64,000 nt of DNA, from assembly GCF_036971445.1 (NCBI RefSeq), contig NC_091469.1, positions 218,798,001-218,862,000 on the forward strand, read 5' to 3'. Every line of letters begins with the position of its first letter. Position 1 is the stretch's first letter. The translations under genes and the position numbers were made by a program. This DNA is from Narcine bancroftii. Lineage: Eukaryota. Positions 1 to 12,677 of the stretch are shown piece after piece. The notes below the pieces were generated by a model that worked only from the letters and a program-made list of their open reading frames with translations, did no database searches and had not been told where the DNA came from.

Positions 1-859
1 CAAGTGGTCCCAGGAATTAACAGCCAATCAGCCTAAAAAGGGTCTAGTGTGAAAGGAAAATCTGCTCAATGCCAGCGTGAGATTACATCAGCTCACGCCA
101 GGGATATACTGCCTCGACCCCTAGTACAATCCCCCATGGCTGCAGATGCCGACATTGCAATCGGCCGTGTAGAATGGGCAACTGCATTCTGGGATAGAAA
201 TGACCCAAATTTTTGTGTGAGTGCGGGAATGTGAAGGAAAAGATTAAAATGAAAGTTTAAACTTTGCCGTGGGAAAGTTGGAGCAGGAGAGGGGAATAGC
301 AATAGAATTTTTTTTAAATCAGTTGGTAGCGTTATGGCACACAATTTGTAAACACCGTGGGAAAAAAACGATGGTAGACCTGACTTCCCAGAATGCCGTG
401 AAGCAGAGAAACCCCTCCATGAGTGCTCTATGCATGCAGCCCTTTCTCTGCCGCTTGGCATTCTGGGAAGGCAGGTCTGACATCTCTTCCCCTCCCCCCA
501 ACGTATTTATATATTGTGCATAATAGCGCTACCAGCTTTCCCCACCTTGTTTAAAAATTGTCCGCCATTATATTTATTGTTAGCACTTTCCTATAGTTCC
601 TTATAAAGGTTTATATAGGTTGGCACAACAACAACAACAACATGGGATGAAGGGCTCATACTGTGCTATACATAAAGCTTAATTATGTTATAATTAGGCA
701 TGATTATTTTTTTTCAAATATAAGATCATAATGCATTGATCAGGATTTAGGGCAGGTCCACCATCGCTCGATGCGTCATGGCATCACTGGTAGAAGGTAG
801 CAGGGTCCTAACCCTGGAGATGGCTCCTTGCAAATGTGAAAGCATGCAGTGTCCCAGTT

Positions 860-948
860 AAGAGTGTTCCTGGGTGAACAGCAAAATCACAGTCCCTATC
901 CCGGGACACTGAAAGGCCAATTTAGCGGGACGCAAGTGTAAAAGGGGC
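860..948. mobile_element. PIF/Harbinger-like DNA transposon terminus (the element probably extends left towards position 1)
   Basis: 869-948 is the reverse complement of 52172-52252 at roughly 85% identity. It ends ...GTGTAAAAGGGGC followed by TAA (949-951), a Harbinger-type TIR and target. Confidence 0.5.
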
Positions 949-1069
949 TAAGGAGGTACAATCTGCAACATTCATCAAGCCAAAGGCTTCCATCAATGCA
1001 TAATCTAAATGTAAACTGCAGGAGAATATCTGAAATGAACCAAAACAATGTTGTGCACCCTGTTCAGGT

Positions 1070-1285
1070 CATGATCCCAGTAGATCACATCAATTTGTTG
1101 GGGAGGGGGGGTGAGGGGAGATAGAGACCCCATTGATCCTCTCTGCCACTTTTATGGTCCTGTGGATTGACCTCCCATCCATTTCTCTGCAGTAACCGTA
1201 GCACTCTGTGATGCAACTGGCCAGAATGCTCTCAATAGAGCTCCTGTATAAGGTTGACTTAATGGTATCTGTGTGGAGTTTGCAT
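1070..1285 (-). mobile_element. Rex1/Babar LINE fragment
   Basis: Translation LYRSSIESILASCITECYG...RSIHRTIKVAERING matches the Rex1/Babar C-terminal motif and is homologous to 17764-18111. Confidence 0.75.
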
Positions 1286-1299
1286 ATCTCTATGACTAC

Positions 1300-1525
1300 A
1301 TGCACTTCCTTTGGGTTCTCTAGTTACCACATCCTAAAGACAAAAAGGGAGCTGTTAGGTTAATTGGTCACTAAAATTGTCTCTCGTACATTGGTGAATG
1401 TCGGAATATGACGCTATGCATTGGGAATATGGAAAGAATAGGATGCAGGGAAAACAAATGGTGGCAAAATGTCATTTCCCCATTAACTGGCATTGGCTCA
1501 ATGGCCAAAGGGACTTCTCCTATAT
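1300..1525 (+). mobile_element. Degraded V-SINE (HE1-like)
   Basis: V-domain-like CCACATCCTAAAGAC...GTTAGGTTAATTGGTCAC and a CR1-type 3' tail. Confidence 0.45.
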
Positions 1526-1836
1526 TGCAAGGAAACATTTGAAAGAACAGGCCTGAACACCTCTTTATTCTGCTTAGTGCTCTATAAACTGAGGATAGAT
1601 ATTGAGCCAACTGACAAGAATAAATGATTTTTAGTAAGTTTGGTCAGTATTAGGGTTCCACATTGTAAAATCACTCCCATTGACGAAGTGGTGCTCAGCG
1701 GTAAGTCTGTGTAATTAATCACAGATTACCAGGTTTAACATTCAAAGTTTACACTGACCACCAACTTACACCATTAATTGTATTACACAGTTCTATCATG
1801 GTCTAACTGCTCCTGGATATATTATCATCTATTTAC

Positions 1837-1955
1837 CTGCCCTGACATGTAATCTTCAGCGATGAGTGAGCATGCATTCTCAGGTCTCTCCGTTCCTCCA
1901 CGCTTCTTCGTACCCATCACCATTGTGCATTTCCCGAGACACATCAGACACGGCA
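1837..1955 (-). other. Candidate 119-nt exon of an unidentified transcript
   Basis: On the minus strand: polypyrimidine tract plus AG (ttttgcttttccttctggttccgttcag), a CAG|GTAAAT donor, and non-repetitive CpG-containing sequence. No recognisable protein. Confidence 0.25.
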
Positions 1956-2194
1956 CTGAACGGAACCAGAAGGAAAAGCAAAACTCAGCATCACTGTGGG
2001 GAGAAGGAATTGTTGGCATTTTGGGTCGATTCTCTTCAAGACGGAATGTATTCCTTTGCCTTACGTGGCTTCTCCAACGGCATTAACTCGCATTTCACAA
2101 GCGGAATTCTACTTTCCCCATTTCTGCCCGTCCATTGATACTTTCCTGCAGCCTACAACTTTCGACCTTGCATTGCCAGATGTTTTGTATTTAA

Positions 2195-2360
2195 TACACA
2201 AAGGCACTGGGAAGAAACAAAGGTCCTGCAGCATCCATAGGAGGGCAAAGATACATAACAAAGTTTCAGGCCTAGGCCCTTTGTCAAGGTAAGTGGGACC
2301 TGCCAATCTACTCCAGCACTTCTGTGTATTAACTACAATCATTGCATCTGCAGCTTTTCT
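2195..2360. mobile_element. Penelope-derived terminal fragments in inverted arrangement
   Basis: Shares the ACACAAA..GCTG..CAGCATC / TTTCAGGCCT..GCCCTT..TCAAGG motif set with 4550, 12690, 23695, 25495 and 56270. Confidence 0.5.
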
Positions 2361-2729
2361 TATCTCATGGCAATTTTAGTATCATTGCCAAGCATTTTAA
2401 TTGCAGCCAAAGCATTTAGCTACAAGGGCTTGCCACTGAATGCTACACCATTGCTCTGCGTGCAGCTCTTGAGTCACTACAAATGTACACTACTTTTGTT
2501 TTGAAGCACCAAACCTATTTTTAAATCCAATATGGTTTATTTGGTTTTTACTTTTTTGACCAATCAATAACTAAACATTTGACCAATGAAGGACAGAATT
2601 TAAAATTATGTACAAACTTCCAGAAAAAAACCATTCCTCCTCCCCCCTCCTTCAAATCCTCTGCCTTATCTTGAGAAGATCTACCATGGTCTTGGATTCT
2701 CTAGTCTCTAACCTATTAATCTCCCTCAG

Positions 2730-3110
2730 AATCTTCAGCCCTTAATATTGTGCTGACCGATGTAAATCTACTTCAAACCATTCTATTCCCCCCACTCCCC
2801 CTCCCCGACCCTTCCATCCATAATCCTCTATTTTACTTACATCCTTGTGCCTATTCAAGAGTCTTTTAAGAGCCTCTATTGTACCAGCCTCCACAACTGC
2901 CCCTGGCAAAGCATTCGAGGCTCCCACCACCATTCTGAATAATTTTTAAAAAAATACTTCTGACTTCTCCCCTAAACTTTCCTCCATTCATCACTCGTCT
3001 TTGAGAATGTCACCCCAGGAAAAAAGTGGTGACTGTCCAACCTACCCAAGTTCCTCAATCTTATAAAAATATATTTCTACTGTATTAAATCGCCTCTCAT
3101 CCTTTGTCAA
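2730..3110 (-). mobile_element. CR1 LINE 3' fragment
   Basis: Minus translation NALPGAVVEAGTIEALKRLLNRHKD is the CR1 ORF2 C-terminus. Confidence 0.6.
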
Positions 3111-3879
3111 CCTTGTATATTTCAGTGAGATCTAATTCAGCGTTCCAATGTTCTCATTTAAATCTATCCTTATTTTGGAGTACATGGGGCAGAGACAGTA
3201 CTCAGTGGGTTACACATATATGGAAGCATTAGATAGGTTTGATGATATGATGGGAACACATTTTCTGTCTGGTACATATAAATAGATAATGTTGTTCGCT
3301 GTCACCACATCTATATATAAAAAGAAACACTGGCCTTGCCATTTTTCTCAGAATAAAATTAATAAATGTTTAAAGAGTTATGGAACAAGCCATAGTGGTT
3401 GTTCTTTCTTGAATCAGGTATTTGAAATGCAAATCCCTGACTTGCCGCTATCATTTGCAGCTAGAATTGTTCATTCTTCACCAGGCCACTAAGTGGCAGT
3501 GTTATTAATAAATCAATTTCCTGACAGGGTGAACTAGATTAATCGACAACTATCAAGCCTAAACTAAAGTCATCAGCGATCACCAAGTTTACCTCTGACA
3601 CCACCATGCTATCCCAGCTGAAACAATGAAAAGCTCTTCTATTGTTAATATTATTTTTTTTTAAAAGGAGGGAATAATAATAATGTACAAGAATAAGATT
3701 TCTTTCAAGGGAATAATTTCAAAGCTATGTGGTGTTAGTTCATTAATTGGTCACATGGGGGTATTTGGGTGGTGCAGTCTAGTGGCCAGAAGGGCCTGTT
3801 ACTGTGTTGTATTTCTAATTTTATACAACTATATTACAGGGAGATTGAAAACTTGGCTAAATGATGAATTGTGTATTTA

Positions 3880-4465
3880 AAACAATGTCACCAAGACCAA
3901 GGAGCTGATTGTGGACTTTATAAAAGGAAAACCAGAAACCTTGGAAAACCTCTACAGACATGTAGAGGAAAGTGTGCTAACTCTTTGCATCACTGACTGG
4001 CATGGGGGCCCAAATACCTCCGAGCGGAGAGCCCTGCGGAAGGTAGTGGACACAGCCCAGCACGTCTTTCATCACCCCCGAGAACATCGACGTGAGACCC
4101 TGCCGTTGGAGAGCAGCAATCATCAAGGATCCACATCACCCAGGACATGCTCGGTTCCCAATGCTGCTGTTAGAAAAGAGGTGCAGGTGCCACCAGACTC
4201 ATCACCTCCAGGTTTAGGAATAGTTGCTACCCTTCAGCCAACAGACTCAGGCATTTAAGGACTCTTACTTTGCTCATTAATATATTATTGAATATTTATT
4301 TTCTAAATTTGCACAGTTTGTTTACTTTTCTTTTTGTATCTTCCTTCTTGACAAAAGTTTAGAGTTACCAGTGATTAGAAATTCTGTCTGCACGCAGGAA
4401 AAAAAGAACCTCAGGGTTGTATGTGATGTCATGTGTGCACTCTGACAATTAATCTGAACTTTGAT
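3880..4465 (+). mobile_element. Rex1/Babar LINE 3' fragment
   Basis: TKTKELIVDF, YRHVEESVLTLCITDWHG and RRALRKVVDTAQH motifs, plus a 3' UTR ending TGACAATTAATCTGAACTTTG. Confidence 0.75.
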
Positions 4466-4549
4466 TTTACGGAGTAAAATAACACTTGTAATGAGAAATA
4501 TGAATCTTTAAAATGTACATAGGGTGATGACTCAAGTGACCATGGAGGG

Positions 4550-4760
4550 AAACACAGAAATCTGCAGACTCTGAGATAGTAGTAAAAACACAAAAATGCT
4601 GAAGGATCTCAGCCGGTCTTGCAGGCTCCAGTACATAACCAAAATTTCAGGCCTGAGCCCTTTAACTTCATACCTTGAAGGGTTCAGCCCAAAAATGTTG
4701 GTCACTCATGATTGAAGGCCGCGAGACCAGCTGAGTTCTTCTAGTATTTGGGTTTTTGAA
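4550..4760. mobile_element. Penelope-derived palindromic element
   Basis: Two inverted copies of the terminal motif centred near 4670. Confidence 0.6.
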
Positions 4761-5119
4761 GTAACCACTTTCATGTGGTCGGGGTGACAGCATTTTACGA
4801 ATCTGTAGAATGGTTTCTTGGACAATATTTCACCAATTTCACTTTTATAATAAATGCTTCATTTTCATGATTTCCACAAATTTGCAGTAATGGTTTTTGT
4901 TACAAAATTTTAAAAATGCATTTTAATCCCTGCATGTGTTCAAATTAATTTTGATCCAATTAATCTTTTCAATCTTACTTCATTACAATTAAATGGAATT
5001 TAGGTGGAAATATTGCAGTTATGATGCATACAAAGGAAATATAACCAGAATGAACCTACTAATAACTATGGTAATTTTCTGTTTTATATTATCTTATGAA
5101 ATCATGTGAAACCACTAAC

Positions 5120-5181
5120 CACGGCAGTAACTTATGTTGAAATAAATTTGGCCAAGTTCGTAATGCATCAGACTGCAACAT
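5120..5181 (-). other. Candidate 62-nt exon
   Basis: Minus strand has a ttctttctttttccag acceptor and a GTG|GTTAGT donor. Confidence 0.2.
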
Positions 5182-5749
5182 CTGGAAAAAGAAAGAACAA
5201 CCATTGAGAAAAAACCTGAAGATGAGCTTGGAACATAACACATTGGGATAATTCCAATGTGACCTTGCTGCCATACATTTATAGTCTTGATAAAATACAG
5301 CTCTTCTGCTATCATTTTCAATAATGAACCATTGGCAAAGTGAAAACCTTGTGTGGCATCTCGCCCACGCAACAGGCAAACTGGTTCACAGAGTTGCGGG
5401 CAAGTCCACGGCAGATCTGACTGTGAGAGCTCCTGGTGCAGGACAAGCCCATGGCCTGGCAGATGATGTCATAATTGTCCCGGGAGCAGCAAGCGTCATT
5501 GGGTTCAGAGAGATTTAAGGGCATGTGAGAGTCCTGGTAAAGTCAGTGGGTACCACTCGCTTTCGACTCTGCATGTATTTTTTTTTATTCATTGCGTGCC
5601 AAGAGCGACTACAGTTGCTTGATTGTTCAGGCTGTTAAATGGTCTTGGTCTAACATTTATTTTAATTTTAGTTTCATGATATTCTTCTTGGAATTGCTTT
5701 TACCATTTGACCAGTGATTTTTTTTTCCTTTCAGTTGCCATCATTCTTT

Positions 5750-6472
5750 TGTTACGAAGTCCAGAGGACCCCAAAAACCAGCAGCATTAGATATGCACCA
5801 CAACACAGGATTATTTAAACACAAGTAGTTTTTAATTATAATTGAACAAGAAAACAGAATTGAACTTTCTTACTTAAGCTAACTACTTAATCCTCCCTCT
5901 ACTTCTAAGCACAGGTTTGGGTAATGTATATTTAAGATTAGAATAGTTCTTTGGATCACAGTCCAATCTCACTGGTTGCAGGCAATTCTTGTACTGTGCA
6001 CAGAAGTTAGCATTAACAAAGTTCACCAGTCTTTGATGCTTAACAGGAAAATGGTTACCACTCAGGAGGGTTCTTGCAGGTTTTCCGAGAGGGATTCTTT
6101 TTCCAGGACATCCGCAACTGATTCCTTCTCAATCAGTCTTGGTGACAAAACTTCCCCCTTCAGTGTTCTCCAGATGATCCTCTTTCTTTCAGGTCAGCTT
6201 TCAGATCGCCAGGAGGCAGGCAGGCAGCTTTCCAAAGTTTGCCAGCTTGTCCTTCTGGAACTGATTTCTATCTCCTCTCTCTGTTTCACATCCTCCCTCT
6301 CTGAGAGCAAAACTCTTCTCTGCCTGCAAAGATCACATGCTCTCCCAGGTAAGCTGCTGTGAATACTTTGTTGCCTCCTGCAAAAGTCCTGCAAATATTC
6401 TGTGTTTTAAAATGTGTGTATGTAAGCTGCTCTAACAATTCCTCCCAAACCACCTCGAAATACTCTGTTACA
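5750..6472 (-). mobile_element. Solo LTR (723 bp) with 4-bp TSD
   Basis: TG...CA termini with CTTT at 5746-5749 and 6473-6476. ATTAAA on the minus strand near 5830 gives the orientation. Confidence 0.75.
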
Positions 6473-7855
6473 CTTTGAAATTGAATGCTCATGTAGATAG
6501 GGTGATGAAGGAGGCTTTTGGTATGCTGGCCTTTATAAATCAAAGCATAGAATATAGGAGCTGGGAGATGATTTTGAGACTGTTCAAGGCATTGGTGAGG
6601 AGGCCAAATTTGGAATACTGTGTGCAGTTCTGGTCTCCAAATTATAGGAAGGATATCAATAAGGTAGAGAGGATGCAGGGAAGATTTACTCAAACGTTGC
6701 CTGGATTGCAGTCTCTAGAATACAAAGAAAAATTGAGTAGACAAGGTCTTTATTCATTGGAGCATAGAAGGTTGAGGGGGGATTTAATAAAGGTATATAA
6801 AATTATATACCACCTGAAGAAACACACAAAGATCAGCGTGTACAGAGCCGTTGTCATACCCATGCTCCTGTTCGGCTCCGAATCATGGGTCCTCTACCGG
6901 CATCACCTACGGCTCCTAGAACGCTTCCATCAGCGCTGACTCCGCTCCATCCTCAACATTCATTGGAATGACTTTATCACCAACATCGAAATACTCAAGC
7001 TGGCAGGGTCTGCAAGCATCGAATCCATGCTGCTGAAGACCCAACTGCGCTGGGTGGGTCACGTCTCCAGAATGGAGGACCATCGCCTTCCCAAGATCGT
7101 GTTATATGGCAAGCTCTCCACTGGCCACTGAGACAGAGGCGCACCAAAGAAGAGGTACAAGGACTGCTTAAAGAAATCTCTTGGTGCCTGCCACATTGAC
7201 CACTGCCAGTGGGCTGATATCGCCTCAAACCGTGCATCTTGGTGCCTCACAGTTCGATGGGCTGCAACCTCCTTTGAAGAAGACCGCAGAGCCCACCTCA
7301 CTGACAAAAGAAAAAGGAGGAAAAACCCAACACCCAACCCCATCCCACCAATTTTCCCTTGCAACCGCTGCAACCGTGCCTGCCTGTCCCGCATCGGACT
7401 TGTCAGTCACCAACGAGCCTGCAGCAGACGTGGACATACCCCTCCATAAATCTTCATCCGTGAAGCCAAGCCAAAGAAGAAAATAAAATATAAAATCATC
7501 AGTGGGATAGACAGAGTAGATGGGAAAAGGCTCTTCCCCTTGAGGGTAGGAGAGATTGGAATGAGGGGTTATGAGTTAAGGGTTAGGGGGCAAAAGTTTA
7601 GAAGTAACATGAGAGGGAACTTCCTCACTCAGAGAATAGTGGCTGAGTGGAATGACCTTCCAGAAGAGATGGTTGCAGCAGGGTCAATTTTGTCATTTAA
7701 GAGAAGGTTGGATAAGTGCATGGATGTGAGGGGATTGGAGGTTTATTGTCAGGGAGTGGGTAGGTGAGACTATAGGAGATCACTTAAACTCGGTGAGGAC
7801 TAGAGGGGTCGAGATGGCCTGTATCCATACTGTAATTGTTGTATGTTTATATGGT
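6473..7855 (+). mobile_element. 5'-truncated CR1 (HER1-like) LINE interrupted by an RTE
   Basis: [29 protein letters not shown]...[13 protein letters not shown], which resumes after 7496 (FTQRIVAEWNDLPEE). Confidence 0.85.
6804..7487 (+). mobile_element. RTE-clade LINE, 5'-truncated, subfamily B
   Basis: Near-identical to the 3' end of 21221-23243. 9-bp TSD ATATAAAAT at 6795-6803 and 7488-7496. Confidence 0.92.
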
Positions 7856-8309
7856 TCTTTTGTTTTTATATATAAAAAAGAAACAAAATGTTACAAGGAT
7901 GATCTAATGGCAATCTATGAAGTGCAGGTCTAAATAATTGGTGAAGTGCTTCCGCCCCCAAGAAGAAGCATACCTCATTATCCATGACCTCATTTGTTTT
8001 GTTGCACAGCACAAATCATCACCAGCAGGAATTGGTTGTGCGCTCCTGGATGCTGAAAGAGTCTGAACATTTCTGCCAGGTGTTTCATTTGAACATTCCA
8101 TGTGTCAAGCAACTTGCGTAATGCAGAAAGATAGCACAGATTTTTGCATTTACTCTATGTGTACTTTCGCATGACTCGAGAGAGGCACAGTGACAAACAT
8201 GTTTATGCCAATTCACAATCAGAGCAGAATGAAGTCTCAGATACACGTGTATCTATACTAGTTTCTTCCTTCTTGGTGCAAAACAAACCTTCACCTCCAC
8301 ATTTACAAA

Positions 8310-8505
8310 TGATACAGCGTGGAAAAAGGCGCTTCCAGCCCATGAAACCCGAGCTACCCAATTAACCTACGCACTCCATACATTTTTTGGAGCGTGGGAG
8401 GTAACTAGAGGACCTGGATAAAATCCACGCGGACAGCGCTGGATTCAGACCCAGGTCACTGACGCTGCAACAGTGTCAAGCTCACTGCTACACTAACCAT
8501 GCCAT
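8310..8505 (-). mobile_element. tRNA-derived V-SINE (HE1-like)
   Basis: Homologous to 12372-12598 and 58125-58375. Confidence 0.6.
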
Positions 8506-8589
8506 CCAAATAAGTACAATTGATGCATATTTTAATATTTATTAAATTATAACCTTAAGGTGACCTGTTATGACAATAATGTTTGGATG

Positions 8590-9872
8590 GTCTTGCAAAT
8601 TGGAAAGTGTTCTAAGAGATCTGATGTACAATTATTTGGATAGCCAGGGACTGATTCGGGAGTGTCAACATGGCTTTGTGCATGGTAGGTCATGTTTAAC
8701 CAATCAGAGTTTTGAGGTTACCAGAAAAGTTGATGAAGGAAAGGCTGTGGATTATCCACGTGGACTTTATGAAGGCCTTTGACAAGGTCACACATGGGAG
8801 GTTAATCAGGAAGGTTCAGATGCTAGGTATTCATGGTCATGTAGTGAACTGGATTCAACAATGGCTGGATGGGAGAAGCCAAAGAGTAGTGGTGGATGAT
8901 TGCTTCTCAGATTGGAGGCCTATATGTAATAGTGTGCCTCAGTACTGGGTCCATTGCTGTGTGTCATCTAAATCAATGATCTGGATGATAACATAGTAAA
9001 TTGGATCAGCAAGTTTGCAGATGACACCAAGATTGGAGGTGTTGTGGACAGCAAAGAATGTTTTCAAAGCTTGCAGAGGGGTCTAGACCAGCTGGAAAAA
9101 TGGGCTGAAACATGGCAGATGGAATTTAATGCAGACAAGTGTGAAGTGTTGCATTTTGGAAGGACAAACCAAGAAAGGACATGCATAGTAAATGGTAGGG
9201 CACTGAAGAGTGTGGTAGAACAGCAGCCTCTAGGAATATATATACATAATCCCATAAATGTGGCGTCACAGGTAGATAAGGTTGTAAAGAGAGCTTTTGC
9301 CATTTTGGCCTTCATAAATCAAAGTATTGAGTATCGGAGTTAGAATGTTGTGGTTGCATTGAGGCCAAATTTGGGGCATTGTGTGCAGTTTTGGTCACCC
9401 AAACACAGGAAATATGTCAACAAAGTACAGTGCAAAGTAGATTTACTTTGCCTGGACTTCAGGAACAGAGTTACAGGGAAAGGTTAAACAGGATAGGACT
9501 ATATTCACTGGAGCATAGAAGAATGAGGGGAGATTTGATAGAGGTATTTAAAATTATGAGGGAGATAGACAGAGTAAATGTAGATAGGCTTTTATCATTG
9601 AGTGTAGGTGAAAGGGGAAAAGTTTAGGGGGAACACGAGAGGGAATTTCTTCATACAGAGAGTGGTGGGAGTGTGGAATGAGCTTCCAGCTGAAGTGGCA
9701 AATGTGGCCTCAATGTTAACATTTAAGAAGAATTTAGACAGGTACATGAATGTACCTTCAGTAGGCTATGGACTGGTTGCAGGTCAGTGGGTCTAGGCAA
9801 AAAATAATGGTTCAGCACAGGCTAGAGGGGCCAAAGTGACCCATTTCTGTTGTGTGATTGTTCTATGGTTCT
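8590..9872 (+). mobile_element. CR1 (HER1-like) LINE, RT to 3' end, decayed
   Basis: QHGFVHGRSCLTN, DFMKAFDKVTHGRL, KFADDTK and WQMEFNADKCEVLHFG motifs, with a TTCTATGGTTCTA tail. Confidence 0.9.
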
Positions 9873-9949
9873 AAATGTGAAATGCCTGGCATTATAGTGA
9901 TTATATTAAAACAATGGAAGCACGGTTGTTGATAAAATATGCTGATGCA

Positions 9950-10480
9950 TCAGTGTTTTGTATGTAGTTCTGGTCACCAGGATGGATTTGAATAAGCTTG
10001 AGAGGGTACAGAAAAGATTTACCAGAATGTTGTCTGGATTGAAGGGTTTGTGTTCAGAGGAAAGAATGGAAAGTCTGGACCTGTTTTACCTGTTTTAGAG
10101 GAGGCAGAGAGATGATCTGAGAGAGAATGTAGAAAACTATGAGAGGTATGGATAAGGCAGGTAGATAGCCAAAGTCTGTTTCCCATGGCAGGGTGTCTGA
10201 AAATAGAGGGCAATTATTCAAGGTTAGAGGGTGGATATTTAAAAGAGATCTGAGGAGTAAATTTTTCACTCAGTAGTTTACACCTAGAATGAGCTGCTAG
10301 AGCAGGAACAAGTGACAACATTTAGAAAGCCTCTAGGTGTATACTTGAATACGCAAGACCTATGGAATGAATGCAAAGGCGGGGGGGGGGGGGGGGGCGT
10401 GGATTAGTATCTATGGGCATGCTGATGGACAGACAAGGTGGGTTTGATGGCCTGTTTTTATGCTGCACAACTTTATGTTC
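9950..10480 (+). mobile_element. CR1 LINE 3' fragment (older subfamily)
   Basis: GTAGTTCTGGTCACC...GAGAGGGTACAGAAAAGATTTACCAGAATG and a CR1 3' UTR. Confidence 0.65.
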
Positions 10481-11149
10481 TGATTCTCAATCACAGGCTG
10501 ATTGTACAGCACAGAAAAAGGCCCTTCAGTCCATCATAATTATGACAACTTTTTTTGCCTTCTTCACTAATCCAATTTACCCACATTAAGCTTTGCCTAT
10601 TTCATTGACTGAAAGCTTGATTGCATCCAATTCCACCCTATCCTTTGGCAGCGAGTTCCTGATATTGACCACTCTGTACAAAACGAAATTCCCATTTGGT
10701 TTTGGACTGAGGGGAGCAAAAGATTAAAAATGATTCAGTAAATGATTGGCCCCACAATTATTACCCCTTAAATGTCCTCATTTGGGAATTAGAATCAAGG
10801 GCCAAATATTAAGTTTGCAGGCAATACAAATTTGGGAGAAATAGTCAATAATGAGGTAAATAATACATTTCAAAAAAACTTACAGGCAGGTAATAAACAA
10901 GGAAAAATAATGTCAGCATAAACTAATGGGATTGAAGTACAACTGGTGTTCAAAATAATGATGTCATATTTTCCAAGGAAAATAAGTATCTACTCTAGGG
11001 CAAATGAAACTGAGAACACAAAAACATATCAGGGCAGCACAGCGGCACTCGGAGAATGGATACATCAGAGCTCCAGTTTTAACGTCTTCCCCTCCACCGT
11101 CGTGACCATGTACATTTTCTCCAGATGAATCAGAATTTATTGCCATGAA

Positions 11150-11570
11150 CAAGTCATGAAATTCAATGTTTTGCCGCAGCGTCATAGAAAAAATCCTCAT
11201 ATTATAACCATCTTGTGATAGAAAAGTAAAAATAATAGTGGACGAAAAGTAAGGCAGTGTCCATGGTTCTTTGATTATTCAGGAATCTGATGGCAGCGGG
11301 GTGTGCTCGTCTTTAGGCAAATATACCTTACCCCCTCCTCCCACCAATGGTAGCAGAATGAAGAGGATGTGGCCTGGGTGGTGGGGGCCTTTGAGGATAG
11401 AGGATGTTTTTTTTTTAAAAGACACTGCCGCATGAAGGTGTCCTCAATTGAGTGAAGTCTGGTGCCTGTAATGTCGCAGGCCGAGTTGACAACCCTTTGG
11501 AGTTTATTCTTCTCCTGAGAGTTGGCACCTCCATACCAGAGATGCAACCAGCCAGTACACCTGTAGAACT
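11150..11570 (-). mobile_element. Rex1/Babar LINE 3' fragment
   Basis: LWYGGANSQEKNKLQRVVNSACDITGTRLHSIEDTF. Confidence 0.75.
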
Positions 11571-12139
11571 TTACAGTTAGTAAGTTATTGTCACCAAATT
11601 ATTCCTTGCAAATAAGTTTGGAGAGAGCGGATGAAAGCGTGGAGAGAATAAGTGGGAGAAACACAATAGGCTGCAGATGCTGTGATTGTAGTAAAAACAT
11701 TGAAATGATGGAGGATCTTGGCTGATTTATTCAGCATCCACAAATGCTAAATAATTGAGGCGGGTGAAGGACAAATGAAAATGGATGCTTGATGGTTGCC
11801 ATGGACTCAAGAGGCCAAGGGCCTGTTTCTGTGCCATACACTGTAACTCTGTGAAGCCAGAAATAAACCATCAAAGCAGTCAGGATTATAAATAGTATCA
11901 GGACCTTGGTTAGTCACTTCTATGAGTTCAGTTAACATCTCTGGCATCTGCTCTACAATTTGATGTTATCATCAAAGTCATTCAAATCCTATCTAGCTCA
12001 TTATCATCCAATTAGTCCACTTTACATCATTCGTGATGTGATGGAACCTGTTATTAATTATGCTATCAAACAGTGCAATAAGACAGTGTATTTTTGAATG
12101 CATGTGATCACTTCACCCCAGGCCTCATCACTGTAGTGG

Positions 12140-12343
12140 TGTGGCGCGCTGTGATAGCAACAAGCAGACACCAAACACAAAAGACTGTACTACAGGCTTT
12201 ATTCTGCTAAAAGTCTGTGCACACCAGTTTCAGCTGTGGTGGCTCCTGAGTGACTGGCTCAGGAGGGACCAGCTCAGGCTTATATTCTGGTCGGCAGGTA
12301 CAGAGATCGCCCCCTTCAGTAGGCTAGTGGTTGTATCATCACA
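12140..12343 (-). mobile_element. Gypsy solo LTR of the same family as 26749-27050
   Basis: The reverse complement aligns to the G1 LTR with an internal gap. Perfect 5-bp TSD AGTGG (12135-12139, 12344-12348). Confidence 0.88.
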
Positions 12344-12371
12344 AGTGGTCCAAACAACAAATATGGACCAA

Positions 12372-12598
12372 TGGGTGGTGGCATGTTTGATGTAGCTCTT
12401 TACAGCGCCAACGATGAGGCTGGGGTTCAAATCCCATGCCGTCTGTAAGAAGTTTATACATTCTCCCCACGACTGCGTGGGTTTTCTCTTGGGGGGGGGC
12501 GGTTTCCCCCCACTGTTCGAAACGTACCTGGGGTGTAGGTTAATTGGGCAGCATGGACTCGTGGGCCAATGTGTTGTATGTCTAATTTTTTTTTTAAT
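12372..12598 (+). mobile_element. tRNA-derived V-SINE (HE1-like)
   Basis: B-box-like GGTTCAAATCCC, V-domain GTAGGTTAATTGGG and tail TGTATGTCTAATTT. Confidence 0.75.
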
Positions 12599-12677
12599 TA
12601 CAATCTGAATTTTGAGGATGAACTGAAACTGATTGGCCTTTATGTTAGGATTGGGTTTGACCAAGTTTGACATCAAG

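Noticed and set aside
5318-5524. 68-aa Cys-rich minus ORF (MPLNLSEP...)
   Set aside because: No recognisable family and no convincing splice signals.
6475-6939. 154-aa CR1-RTE fusion ORF
   Set aside because: Chance in-frame junction created by RTE insertion into a dead CR1 (TSD present).
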